From IMG/VR virus record IMGVR_UViG_3300046542_000259: 64,000 bases of DNA. One strand, 5' to 3'. This stretch comes from a virus (taxonomy: Duplodnaviria; Heunggongvirae; Uroviricota; Caudoviricetes). The translations under genes and the position numbers were made by a program. Shown piece by piece: positions 1 through 8,439 of this stretch; the first letter of the stretch is position 1, and each line of letters begins with the position of its first letter. Below the pieces are notes generated by a model. The model saw only the letters and a list, made by a program, of their open reading frames with translations, was not told the DNA's origin and did not search any database.

Positions 1-534
1 GCTCACAATTATGAATCTAATGGGTGGAAAGTCTACCTATTCACTTCAGCCACAGATGATCGCGGCGGCGTAGGTTTTGTTTCATCTCGGGTCGGCTTGA
101 GGCGCGAAGCTATTGCCCTCAGTCCTGATGATTACTTTGTCAAACACTTAAGCATGTTTGACTGGGACAAGTCAGTAATCTTTGTGGACGAGATTCAATT
201 CTTTACCGACAAACAGGTTGAGGAATTAGCAGACATTGTTGATTATTTTAAGATTCCGGTATTGACATTTGGATTAAAAAATAATAGTAATGGTGAACTC
301 TTCGGTCCAGCGATTATCAGGCTGTTAGCCCTAAGTGATCAAATCAAAGAAATTAAAACTGTGTGCCATTGTGGATCTAAAGCCACTCAAATCCTGAGAC
401 GAAATGAGAACGGTGAGCCTGTAATCACTTCAGACGTGGTTGAAGTAGGCGATAGTAGCTACGAATCGGTATGCCGTCGCCACTGGAAAGACGCCTGCCC
501 TATCGTGGAAGAAATTTCAGAACGTAAATTATAA
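1..534 (+). CDS. tdk: Thymidine kinase (5'-truncated by window edge; frame open from base 1)
   Basis: FVDEIQF Walker B, FGLKNN, CHCG...ATQ..R and YESVCRRHW zinc/lasso motifs of type II TK; frame 1 is stop-free upstream of the called TTG at 97. Confidence 0.9.
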   Translation, partial: AHNYESNGWKVYLFTSATDDRGGVGFVSSRVGLRREAIALSPDDYFVKHLSMFDWDKSVIFVDEIQFFTDKQVEELADIVDYFKIPVLTFGLKNNSNGELFGPAIIRLLALSDQIKEIKTVCHCGSKATQILRRNENGEPVITSDVVEVGDSSYESVCRRHWKDACPIVEEISERKL

Positions 535-555
535 ATAAATAAATAGGAAATTATA

Positions 556-882
556 ATGGAAAAAGACCTTAAAGCACTAACCGCACTCGTTATTATCTCG
601 CTCATTACAGTCCCAATTGGCGTGTTTCTTAATGCTTATACACTTCTTTGCCTCTGGCTCTGGTTCATTGTCCCGCTCGGCGTACCAGCCATCGGACTGG
701 TTCACGCCATGGGAATTATGCTGATCAAAGGATTTATGATGGCAAAATATCTTCCAAAGGACCAAGAGGAAGATGAGGAGCCAGCCACAAAAATCGGAAA
801 ATTGAAGGGCTCTTTAGTTTTCACTTACACCATGCCTATTATCGCTCTCGGTGTTGGTTATATCTTTCAGAGCTTTATGTGA
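556..882 (+). CDS. Hypothetical membrane protein
   Basis: 108 aa, about three hydrophobic segments, RBS-like AGGAAA upstream. Confidence 0.7.
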   Translation: MEKDLKALTALVIISLITVPIGVFLNAYTLLCLWLWFIVPLGVPAIGLVHAMGIMLIKGFMMAKYLPKDQEEDEEPATKIGKLKGSLVFTYTMPIIALGVGYIFQSFM

Positions 883-915
883 AATTAGTAAATCAGAAAA
901 ATTGAGAATTAATAA

Positions 916-1434
916 ATGAGTTATATTACAACGTTTACTGGTATTAATTTTTTCGTTGACCGTTATACCGAAGACGACTTTGACATTGTTGACATAGCTC
1001 ACGCCCTCTCTAATAACTGCCGATGGGCCGGTCATTGTTCTTCTTATTTCTCCGTGGCCCAGCACAGTGTCTATGTCAGTCGCTTCATGGAAAAGCTGAA
1101 GATGTATGGCCTCCTACACGACGGCAGTGAGGCATATGGCTCTGACATGCCTACACCGTTTAAAGAAAAGCTTCCCGACTTTCAAAAGATGGAAAATCGG
1201 TTGCAGAATAAAATCTACAAGAAATTCCTTGGCGGTATCCCAACAGATGAAGATCATGAATACTTGAAGATTTATGACCGTCTCCTCCTCGATTTTGAGG
1301 GCTCGCTATTGATTAAGAATTGGCATAATCCTATCGACGTTTCAATTATTCAAAAAGTAGATGATAGGTTCCATCCGTGGAATCCAGAAGAAGCTAAAGA
1401 AAAGTTTTTAAAAGAATTTAGGAAATTGGTTTAA
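916..1434 (+). CDS. HD-domain 5'-deoxynucleotidase (YfbR/YfdR-like)
   Basis: DIAHALS..CRWAGH...SVAQHS and LLHDGSEAY..D.PTP motifs. Confidence 0.85.
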   Translation: MSYITTFTGINFFVDRYTEDDFDIVDIAHALSNNCRWAGHCSSYFSVAQHSVYVSRFMEKLKMYGLLHDGSEAYGSDMPTPFKEKLPDFQKMENRLQNKIYKKFLGGIPTDEDHEYLKIYDRLLLDFEGSLLIKNWHNPIDVSIIQKVDDRFHPWNPEEAKEKFLKEFRKLV

Positions 1435-2696
1435 TGGTTGATATTACTACGATCACTACTGTAGCAGAATCGCAGTTTCATACGTGGCTACAGGCGCAGA
1501 TGAGTAACGATTTCCTTATCGCTGGTATCGGAACTGTGGTTCTCAGTGGCGCGATGTACGCCCTGAAAAGCATTCCGGGTAAGTTGTGGAACGCCATTTA
1601 TCGGCGTTCCACAATCACGGTTGATGTTTTTAGTGATAATAATAATTTCGTAGACATTGTTACGGAATTAAATAAGAACACGATTAACCTCCTGAGCCGT
1701 AAGAACGTGCTTGACAAAGAATCTATGAGCGTTGGGCTCGGCGGGTCTTGGTCTTATTTCAGAGGCAAACTTGTTAAAATTAGCCGTGAAAAGGAAAAGA
1801 GCGATAGTAAGGAATTCAAACAGAACCTATCGCTTACGTTTTTTCTAAAGAAGAAAAGCACGGTGATTAAACTGTTTGAAGATTTTTTTGCAGAAAAGAA
1901 GCTGGTAAACAAGGCTAAGACTAAAGTTTATACCCTAAATAAGGATTGGGTCGAGCATCTAAAGGACATCCCCAAGCGTCCACGTGAAAGCGTTTTCATT
2001 GATCCTGCCACGCTAGATCATATTGAGAAAAGAGTTAAGTTCTTTCTTAGTAACAGAAAGTGGTACGAGGATCGCGGCATTCCCTACAAATACGCAATTC
2101 TTCTTCACGGCGTCCCCGGTACTGGCAAAACCACGTTGGCCAAGTACATCGCCGCGATTACTGATCGATCAGTGGTGATGGTAAGTCCTTCGCGTCTCCC
2201 CGGCCTAGCCGTGGCTCTGAATGATCACAACTATGACGAAAACCCAAACAGAAATGCTTATCTTGGGGTTATGGAAGATATCGATTGCGACAACATTACG
2301 TCTCGCCGCGACGATCCAACCGACACGCAAGATGATAAAGAGAAGACGGCAGAAAAATTCAGCATTGTTTCCCTAGCTGATCTGCTGAACGCTATAGACG
2401 GCATCAATAGCCCTGAGAATTTTATTCTTGTGGCCACGACTAATCATCTCGGTAGTCTCGATCCTGCGCTGTTCCGTAAAGGAAGGTTTGATGACGTGAT
2501 CGAAGTGATGCCGTTGGAGACTTCAGAGATCGTTCGAATGGTCAAGTATTTCTTCGGTGTGACAGAAATTAATGGTACGGCGGCGGAATACGAACCGACC
2601 CCCGGCTCAGTGGTTCAAGATGTTATTCTTCAATATTTTGACGACGGAATTGAAAAAGTAGTGAGTGTGCTCAATGAAAAATTTGCAAGAATTTGA
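1434..2696 (+). CDS. BCS1-like AAA+ ATPase with N-terminal membrane anchor
   Basis: N-terminal hydrophobic helix; RGIPYKYAILLHGVPGTGKT Walker A; MEDID Walker B; LLNAIDG; ATTNH..LDPAL.R.GRFD. Confidence 0.85.
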   Translation: MVDITTITTVAESQFHTWLQAQMSNDFLIAGIGTVVLSGAMYALKSIPGKLWNAIYRRSTITVDVFSDNNNFVDIVTELNKNTINLLSRKNVLDKESMSVGLGGSWSYFRGKLVKISREKEKSDSKEFKQNLSLTFFLKKKSTVIKLFEDFFAEKKLVNKAKTKVYTLNKDWVEHLKDIPKRPRESVFIDPATLDHIEKRVKFFLSNRKWYEDRGIPYKYAILLHGVPGTGKTTLAKYIAAITDRSVVMVSPSRLPGLAVALNDHNYDENPNRNAYLGVMEDIDCDNITSRRDDPTDTQDDKEKTAEKFSIVSLADLLNAIDGINSPENFILVATTNHLGSLDPALFRKGRFDDVIEVMPLETSEIVRMVKYFFGVTEINGTAAEYEPTPGSVVQDVILQYFDDGIEKVVSVLNEKFARI

Positions 2697-3396
2697 TAAG
2701 CTCAAGAAGCTGGAAGCAGAACACGAGATTCGCATCCCAAGTGATCAGTATATCGTGGCCCGTTTGGATGGACATGGTTTCTCGAAATTTACTAAAGGAT
2801 TAAAGAGACCGTTCGATGCCACGCTTAGAGAAGCGATGGCGGATACAACCAGAGCTTTGCATAAAAAGTTTAATGCTACGTATAGTTATACGCAATCAGA
2901 TGAAATAACTCTGATTTGGGAGCCTCGTATGGATCGCAGCGGCAAGGCATTGGTCGAGCATCCTCACTCAGGAAGAGTGGTAAAACTGTCCAGCCTAATG
3001 TCCAGCTATTGCTCTATTGAGTTCTATAAACTCATTCACCATTACAAAGAGAGTAGTTACAATGGCTTTGATTGTCGTGTCTATGGCTGCGACAAGCTCG
3101 ATGCTTTTGATTCTCTGCGGTTTCGCATGATTGATTGCGCCACGAATGCGTACCAGTCCGTGGCTCAAAGCATGTGGAGCCCGAAGCAATTACAACGTGT
3201 TTCGGTGCAGCAAATTAAGGCCATGCTTCTTGAAAAAGGAATCGATGTCTGGAAGGAATATGGCGACGACGCCATGTTGGGCGTTTATTTTTACAAGGAA
3301 ATGAATGAGGAGTTGGAACGTAGTAAGATCGTGCGTTCTAACGGCGGTGAAATGATGAAAGCAATTAAAGAAATGAATTTATCCATTGACATTTAA
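2665..3396 (+). CDS. Thg1-like tRNA-His guanylyltransferase / 3'-5' RNA polymerase
   Basis: RLDGHGFSKFT..RPFD, YTQSDEITL, GR..KLSS, FDCR motifs of the Thg1 family; start codon uncertain. Confidence 0.88.
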   Translation: MCSMKNLQEFDKLKKLEAEHEIRIPSDQYIVARLDGHGFSKFTKGLKRPFDATLREAMADTTRALHKKFNATYSYTQSDEITLIWEPRMDRSGKALVEHPHSGRVVKLSSLMSSYCSIEFYKLIHHYKESSYNGFDCRVYGCDKLDAFDSLRFRMIDCATNAYQSVAQSMWSPKQLQRVSVQQIKAMLLEKGIDVWKEYGDDAMLGVYFYKEMNEELERSKIVRSNGGEMMKAIKEMNLSIDI

Positions 3397-3414
3397 ATTT
3401 TAATGTGATATAAA
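3386..3414 (+). promoter_or_regulatory. Sigma70-type promoter
   Basis: TTGACA-17 nt-TATAAA upstream of ORF 3444. Confidence 0.7.
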
Positions 3415-3443
3415 GTCATTTCATCATTTTAAAAGGTAAATAT

Positions 3444-3830
3444 ATGTCTCAAATAAATTTTGATAAACATGAATTGATGGAACTTTTCTTAATGGATTGT
3501 TTCCCTACTGGAAAGTTTGAAATTAAATCAATGTTATTTCAAAAAGTGGCTCAAGCACTCTTTGATGCAGCTAATAGGGAAGAAATAGATACGCTGGCGA
3601 AACAATTCAGTCTAACACTAGAGGAAACTGACGAACTTCTGCTATTGGTACAACGATATAAAATTCAAAAATTGCGGGCCGGTATTCAAGAAGCTGAAAA
3701 AATCATTGCTCAAGTGGAGACTCAATTCGAGACCGAGACACGCCGCAAAGATAGAATTAAACTTTGGGTAGATGCTGTTAAGGCTGAAAAGAATAAACTG
3801 GAAGAAAAGAAAAATAATGAACTTATCTGA
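3444..3830 (+). CDS. Hypothetical protein with C-terminal coiled coil
   Basis: 128-aa ORF after promoter, RBS AAGGT. Confidence 0.7.
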   Translation: MSQINFDKHELMELFLMDCFPTGKFEIKSMLFQKVAQALFDAANREEIDTLAKQFSLTLEETDELLLLVQRYKIQKLRAGIQEAEKIIAQVETQFETETRRKDRIKLWVDAVKAEKNKLEEKKNNELI

Positions 3831-5403
3831 AAAAGAGATTTTCTCCGCGATTAAGAAATATGGATCAGCAAGAAAAGCAGCTGCTGCGTTAAACATCCCG
3901 AAATCCACCTTTAGCGATGCGGTACGCCGCGCCAGAACCCATAAGTTCACAGAGCGTCAAGTAGTCAAGCCTGTGATCCTGAAAGCCCCGAAGAAGAAGG
4001 GGACGGTTAAGCGGTACATCTTAACCAGCTGCCAAGATTCTACCAAACTGCACCCGTTTTTTGAAGTTCTCAAGGTCTATGCAAACTATTTGGATGCTGA
4101 ATTGATGGTTTCTGGCTATACTTACAATAAATCTTTATTCGAGGAACATAGTAAACATAAGGTAACTTTTCAATCTGAAGTTCTACCTTATCTCACTAAT
4201 GATAGAGTACTTATCAGCGAAAAAATCGCATTTTGCGGAGAGATGAATATTCTCCCGACAGCTGCCGATCCTTTATTAGGATTGAAGACCTATACGGGGA
4301 GCAAATGGAGTGTAATCCCTCACGCGAAAATTCGATTAGAATCAGTTCCAATGATGAAGGGTGATCCAGCTAAGATCGTCATGACGACTGGTACGATCTC
4401 GAAACCGAACTATGTTCCCAAACGTGCGGGCCTACTTGCTGAGTTTCACCACACCTACGGCGCGGTTCTGGTAGAGGTATGTGCGGATGGGGAATTTTTC
4501 TGTCGTCATCTAATGGGAGAAGATGATAGCGGGAATTTTTATGACTTGGATAGGTACGTCACCGTTGACGGTGTTACAACTTGTAATAGAATTGCGGCAT
4601 TGACGTATGGAGACATTCACTATGAGAAATTGTGTGAAGCTACCGCAGTAGCTTCACTAGGGTTCTCACCCTCACTGAAGAAGAATGTCTCCACCAGCAG
4701 CTTGCTTGACACGCTCAGACCGTACCAGCAGTTTTTCCATGACACGATTGATTTTCGTTCGAGGAATCACCATTCCATCAACGACCCCCACTTCCGTTTC
4801 GAAATGTATGTTAACGGAACTGAATCTGTTGAACAAGACCTCCGAGATGCTGCTAATTTCCTTCATCAGACTCGGCGGGATTGGTGTACCTCTGTTATTA
4901 TTGAATCTAACCATGATACGGCCCTTCTCAAGTGGCTCAAGACAGGAGACTACCGTCAAGACCCTGTTAACGCGATCTTCTTCCTAGAAAATCAGTTAGC
5001 TAAATATGTCGCGATCCGCGACGGTGATAAGAAACACAACGTTTTTTGGGAAGCGATCAAACGGTATAGCCCCGATAACGCCAATTCCCTCGTCTTTGTT
5101 TCCGAGGACACATCATACAAAATATGTGGCGACATTGAGGCAGGGATGCATGGACATCTTGGCGCAAATGGGGCGCGTCCTTCGCCGCGCTCTTTTTCCA
5201 AGATGGGGACCAAGGCCAACACCGCTCATACTCATTCTTGTTCCATCTTCGATGGAGTGTGGACCGCTGGTGTTATGGGGTCTCTAGACATGGGCTACAA
5301 TAAAGGATTATCGTCTTGGAGTCCGACACATATTGTTACCTATCTTAACGGTAAGCGAGCCATGCTCACCATGAGTGGAAGCGGTAAGTTTTATGCTGAG
5401 TGA
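3817..5403 (+). CDS. N-terminal HTH plus calcineurin-like metallophosphoesterase
   Basis: HTH-like SARKAAAALNIPKSTFSD; GDIH, HD..D, ESNHD, HGH, HTHS metal-binding motifs; start moved to ATG 3817. Confidence 0.7.
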   Translation: MNLSEKEIFSAIKKYGSARKAAAALNIPKSTFSDAVRRARTHKFTERQVVKPVILKAPKKKGTVKRYILTSCQDSTKLHPFFEVLKVYANYLDAELMVSGYTYNKSLFEEHSKHKVTFQSEVLPYLTNDRVLISEKIAFCGEMNILPTAADPLLGLKTYTGSKWSVIPHAKIRLESVPMMKGDPAKIVMTTGTISKPNYVPKRAGLLAEFHHTYGAVLVEVCADGEFFCRHLMGEDDSGNFYDLDRYVTVDGVTTCNRIAALTYGDIHYEKLCEATAVASLGFSPSLKKNVSTSSLLDTLRPYQQFFHDTIDFRSRNHHSINDPHFRFEMYVNGTESVEQDLRDAANFLHQTRRDWCTSVIIESNHDTALLKWLKTGDYRQDPVNAIFFLENQLAKYVAIRDGDKKHNVFWEAIKRYSPDNANSLVFVSEDTSYKICGDIEAGMHGHLGANGARPSPRSFSKMGTKANTAHTHSCSIFDGVWTAGVMGSLDMGYNKGLSSWSPTHIVTYLNGKRAMLTMSGSGKFYAE

Positions 5404-5725
5404 GTCTTTTATCAGTGTGGTGGAGGGTAAAGAATTAGATATCCTCCTAAAAGGTGAGGGTGTCGGCGGTTATCGGTGGTTCGCGGATCACGATACGTTG
5501 GAGCACTTTGGTAAAAACTATGTCGGTCGTAAAACGTTTTCTAATGATATTGGACTAGGAGGAAGCTATACCTATATCTGTTACACTTTTAAATTCGAAA
5601 CATGTGTCCCGCCGCTACATAAAATTGATTTTATCAAGAAACGTCCATGGTCCGACGAAATTATGGGTAGACATAGTGCGATTATCGAAGTCTTTCCAAC
5701 AAAGGATAAGAATGGCAATGGCTGA
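5393..5725 (+). CDS. Hypothetical protein
   Basis: ORF overlapping neighbours in operon; likely start ATG 5393. Confidence 0.55.
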   Translation: MLSESFISVVEGKELDILLKGEGVGGYRWFADHDTLEHFGKNYVGRKTFSNDIGLGGSYTYICYTFKFETCVPPLHKIDFIKKRPWSDEIMGRHSAIIEVFPTKDKNGNG

Positions 5726-5906
5726 AGAGATCGTAGAAACATTTAACGAGTGGAAAGCCAGAATGATTCGGGCAAATCCTGAGAAGGAAATTCAATACGT
5801 GCCATTAGCTCTACTGTCCTACCCTCCCATCCCGGTATATCGGGCGTATGTTGATGGGGTTATGGTGGATGAGTGGGTAGGACAGTCGGAACAACTATTC
5901 GATTAA
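5712..5906 (+). CDS. Hypothetical protein
   Basis: ATG at 5712 after AAGGA; same frame as called ORF 5604..5906. Confidence 0.55.
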   Translation: MAMAEEIVETFNEWKARMIRANPEKEIQYVPLALLSYPPIPVYRAYVDGVMVDEWVGQSEQLFD

Positions 5907-6235
5907 TCGTCAATATCGGATTCTTTGAGATCATAAACCGCGTCAGAAATTGCTGCGTCATTGATCAAATCCATAAGAATTTCTGTCCCGGCCCAAATAG
6001 CTTCGAAATCCTTTTTCGAAATGGTGAGATCGGGAAGCTGCTCACAACGCTTGGCAAACAAAGTTCCCATTTCATCGACATAGCCATCAGCGGATACGGC
6101 CCGAAGATGGATAGTTATTTTGTCATAACGAAGTCTTCCGAAGTTCTTTTGCCAGTTATTAAGGGCTTCAATAGTCGAATTGCCCTTTCCCCAGCAGTTT
6201 GCGCCTACGGCCATCACATGTGTCAAGGTTTCCAT
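5903..6235 (-). CDS. Hypothetical protein (lone reverse-strand gene with own promoter)
   Basis: 110-aa ORF, RBS GGAG, promoter at 6271-6299. Confidence 0.7.
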   Translation of the reverse strand: METLTHVMAVGANCWGKGNSTIEALNNWQKNFGRLRYDKITIHLRAVSADGYVDEMGTLFAKRCEQLPDLTISKKDFEAIWAGTEILMDLINDAAISDAVYDLKESDIDD

Positions 6236-6270
6236 TCAAATTCTCCTTTGGTGCTTTCCTTACATTTGGC

Positions 6271-6299
6271 AGTCTAGGACGAACTAAATACGCTGTCAA
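6271..6299 (-). promoter_or_regulatory. Sigma70-type promoter for ORF 5903..6235
   Basis: TTGACA-17 nt-TAGACT on - strand. Confidence 0.55.
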
Positions 6300-6329
6300 G
6301 AACTTTTGAATCACTTTAAGGAAAATTAA

Positions 6330-6797
6330 ATGACTTTACAAACTAAACGATATGTGTTAGGATTTGCGTTCTGGCGGGAGCAAGTCGCACTGATCTTCAA
6401 AACCAAAGGGCCGGAATATGTAATTGGGACTTGGAACGGTATTGGCGGCAAGATAGAAGCTGATGAAACCGGCCCAGACGCAATGGCGAGGGAATTCTTT
6501 GAAGAAACAGGGGTTAGGATCGATTCGGGATTCTGGTATCTATTCGCGGCCCAACGCGGCAAGTCATGGGACGGTCCTGAATATGAGCTAAATTGTTTCG
6601 TGGCCCATTTGCCGGAAGATGGTAATTTTACCGAAATTAACAATACTGAGGGTGATGGTGAGGTGGTTAGTTGGTTTACCTACGGCGACTATGAAACCAG
6701 AGATTCCTTTGAAGACATCATTACACCGAACCTTAAATGGCTCCTCCCTCTAGCGCTAGATCATACCACTGGTTTCCTAGAGATTAGAGAACATTAA
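6330..6797 (+). CDS. Nudix hydrolase
   Basis: Nudix box GGKIEADETGPDAMAREFFEETG. Confidence 0.9.
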   Translation: MTLQTKRYVLGFAFWREQVALIFKTKGPEYVIGTWNGIGGKIEADETGPDAMAREFFEETGVRIDSGFWYLFAAQRGKSWDGPEYELNCFVAHLPEDGNFTEINNTEGDGEVVSWFTYGDYETRDSFEDIITPNLKWLLPLALDHTTGFLEIREH

Positions 6798-6959
6798 ATG
6801 TGTAATAAAAAAGATTTAAGTGAGACAGAAATTGAAATATGGAACACGGCCTTAGAATATGCGGCACGTGCTATAGAAGAATTTCATCTCAGTAATACCG
6901 GCATTCCCCATCCAATAGCTGTTGCGGATGCTAAAAGAATCAGGAACTTAAAAATATGA
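6798..6959 (+). CDS. Small hypothetical protein (53 aa, not in ORF track)
   Basis: MCNKKDLSETEIEIWNTALEYAA...; abuts upstream stop, ATGA overlap with next gene. Confidence 0.55.
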   Translation: MCNKKDLSETEIEIWNTALEYAARAIEEFHLSNTGIPHPIAVADAKRIRNLKI

Positions 6960-7387
6960 CAATTTTACTAGAAGATTTTAGGCCGATTAGAAAATTTGAA
7001 GAATTGAAACTTAGTAATTGGCCTAAGTATTATTTTGTCTATGGTGATGAGTTTGAGCCTCGTTATAGAACAATGTTCTTGACGAAAGAGATTTATGAAA
7101 TCGGGAGTCACAAATTCTTTCAAACCTCAGAAAAAGTTATTTTGAAGGCTCATGCATTTAAGTACGACTATAACTTCAAGCAAATAAATGGTCCAGACCA
7201 AGAAATGGTTTGTCTGGCTCAGATTGTTGATGAGTGGACCGAAAACTGCTTCACGTTTAAACCGGAACGGTGGAACCTGTCTGAAACAGGAGAAGAGTCT
7301 CTATCTTCGAATAACCTGATTTTCACTGACGAACTGGACGCCGGGGCTTTCGTAATCTGGCTCAGGGAGCGTCGCGGTAGTGAGTGA
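6956..7387 (+). CDS. Hypothetical protein
   Basis: 143-aa ORF translationally coupled to neighbours. Confidence 0.65.
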   Translation: MTILLEDFRPIRKFEELKLSNWPKYYFVYGDEFEPRYRTMFLTKEIYEIGSHKFFQTSEKVILKAHAFKYDYNFKQINGPDQEMVCLAQIVDEWTENCFTFKPERWNLSETGEESLSSNNLIFTDELDAGAFVIWLRERRGSE

Positions 7388-7829
7388 GTTAGAGCTTTAT
7401 ATGATCCTATCTCATCTCCTGCCCGATGGAAATGAGATAGGTTTCTACCTGTCTAAGATTAATCTAATTAATCGGGACTATGAAGAGCTTGGTATTCCAA
7501 TAAATAGTTGGGGCGAGCTACGTCCAGAACATGCCTTTGAACTGGCACAAACGGAATTTTTTATTATTTTGATTGAAAAAATAATTGCTGTTGCGGAAGA
7601 AAATATGACCCGCTCGGAACGTAACAGAGCACTTAATAGTCCTTTACGTAGCGGAGCTTATCTCATTGATTACCTTGAAGATTGCCTTCCTAACGATGCT
7701 GGACTGAAGTCATTGGGAATAGATACACTAGGGTATTGGGACGAAACCCTGCGTGAAGAAATTCATGAAGATTTTTATTCCATGCTGGTAGAAAATATAG
7801 TAATGGCGGCTCGGTTAAATAATGTATAG
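7380..7829 (+). CDS. Hypothetical protein
   Basis: 149-aa ORF overlapping neighbours. Confidence 0.65.
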   Translation: MSELELYMILSHLLPDGNEIGFYLSKINLINRDYEELGIPINSWGELRPEHAFELAQTEFFIILIEKIIAVAEENMTRSERNRALNSPLRSGAYLIDYLEDCLPNDAGLKSLGIDTLGYWDETLREEIHEDFYSMLVENIVMAARLNNV

Positions 7830-8097
7830 TATTAGATATCTATTTAAAAATGCCGGATCACAAATCGCGTTCTGGAACAGAAACGTAGGGCAGGACGCTC
7901 TTACCGCGATGGAGATTGCTGATGTCATGCCTCGACAAACAAAATCCGAAACAATGACTGATACAGGCTGGGTCAATGAATCTCCTAACTTCTGGCGTAG
8001 GAAAATTGTCTTCGCTATCAGTTCTCCTGAAGAAAATAATTTCTCACTTCATATCAATATAGGACGCGAGGAAGATAGTCATTTATCAAATCTTTAA
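7822..8097 (+). CDS. Hypothetical protein
   Basis: 91-aa ORF overlapping upstream stop. Confidence 0.55.
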   Translation: MYSIRYLFKNAGSQIAFWNRNVGQDALTAMEIADVMPRQTKSETMTDTGWVNESPNFWRRKIVFAISSPEENNFSLHINIGREEDSHLSNL

Positions 8098-8125
8098 AAC
8101 CAAAGTAGTCGAAGTAGACGACATT

Positions 8126-8407
8126 TTGTTCCCTGATGACATGGAATTATCCAGAAAAATCCTTGCCACGCCTAGGTATTTTACGGAAACTTATAATGAA
8201 TTCGGTGAGTTAATCGCTGTTAAGGAACAAACTCTAGACGGCTCTGAGGCCACGTCGATTCTATCAAATTTTAAAATTGCCGAATATAGTAATTATTACC
8301 AATATGTTACCAATATCTTCACTCAAAAGTTTAAGAATACGGCTGAGGCGGTTTCGTGGTGTGAAAGCCACAGTGACGAGAGCAATAATTACTTAATTTG
8401 GGAATAA
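8126..8407 (+). CDS. Hypothetical protein
   Basis: 93-aa ORF; start uncertain. Confidence 0.5.
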   Translation: MFPDDMELSRKILATPRYFTETYNEFGELIAVKEQTLDGSEATSILSNFKIAEYSNYYQYVTNIFTQKFKNTAEAVSWCESHSDESNNYLIWE

Positions 8408-8410
8408 CCA

Positions 8411-8439
8411 TTGACTTTTTAAAAATTTTATGTTACCTT
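8411..8439 (+). promoter_or_regulatory. Possible sigma70-type promoter overlapping the polymerase ATG
   Basis: TTGACT-17 nt-TACCTT; same TTGACTTTTTAAAA spacer style as other phage promoters. Confidence 0.4.
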
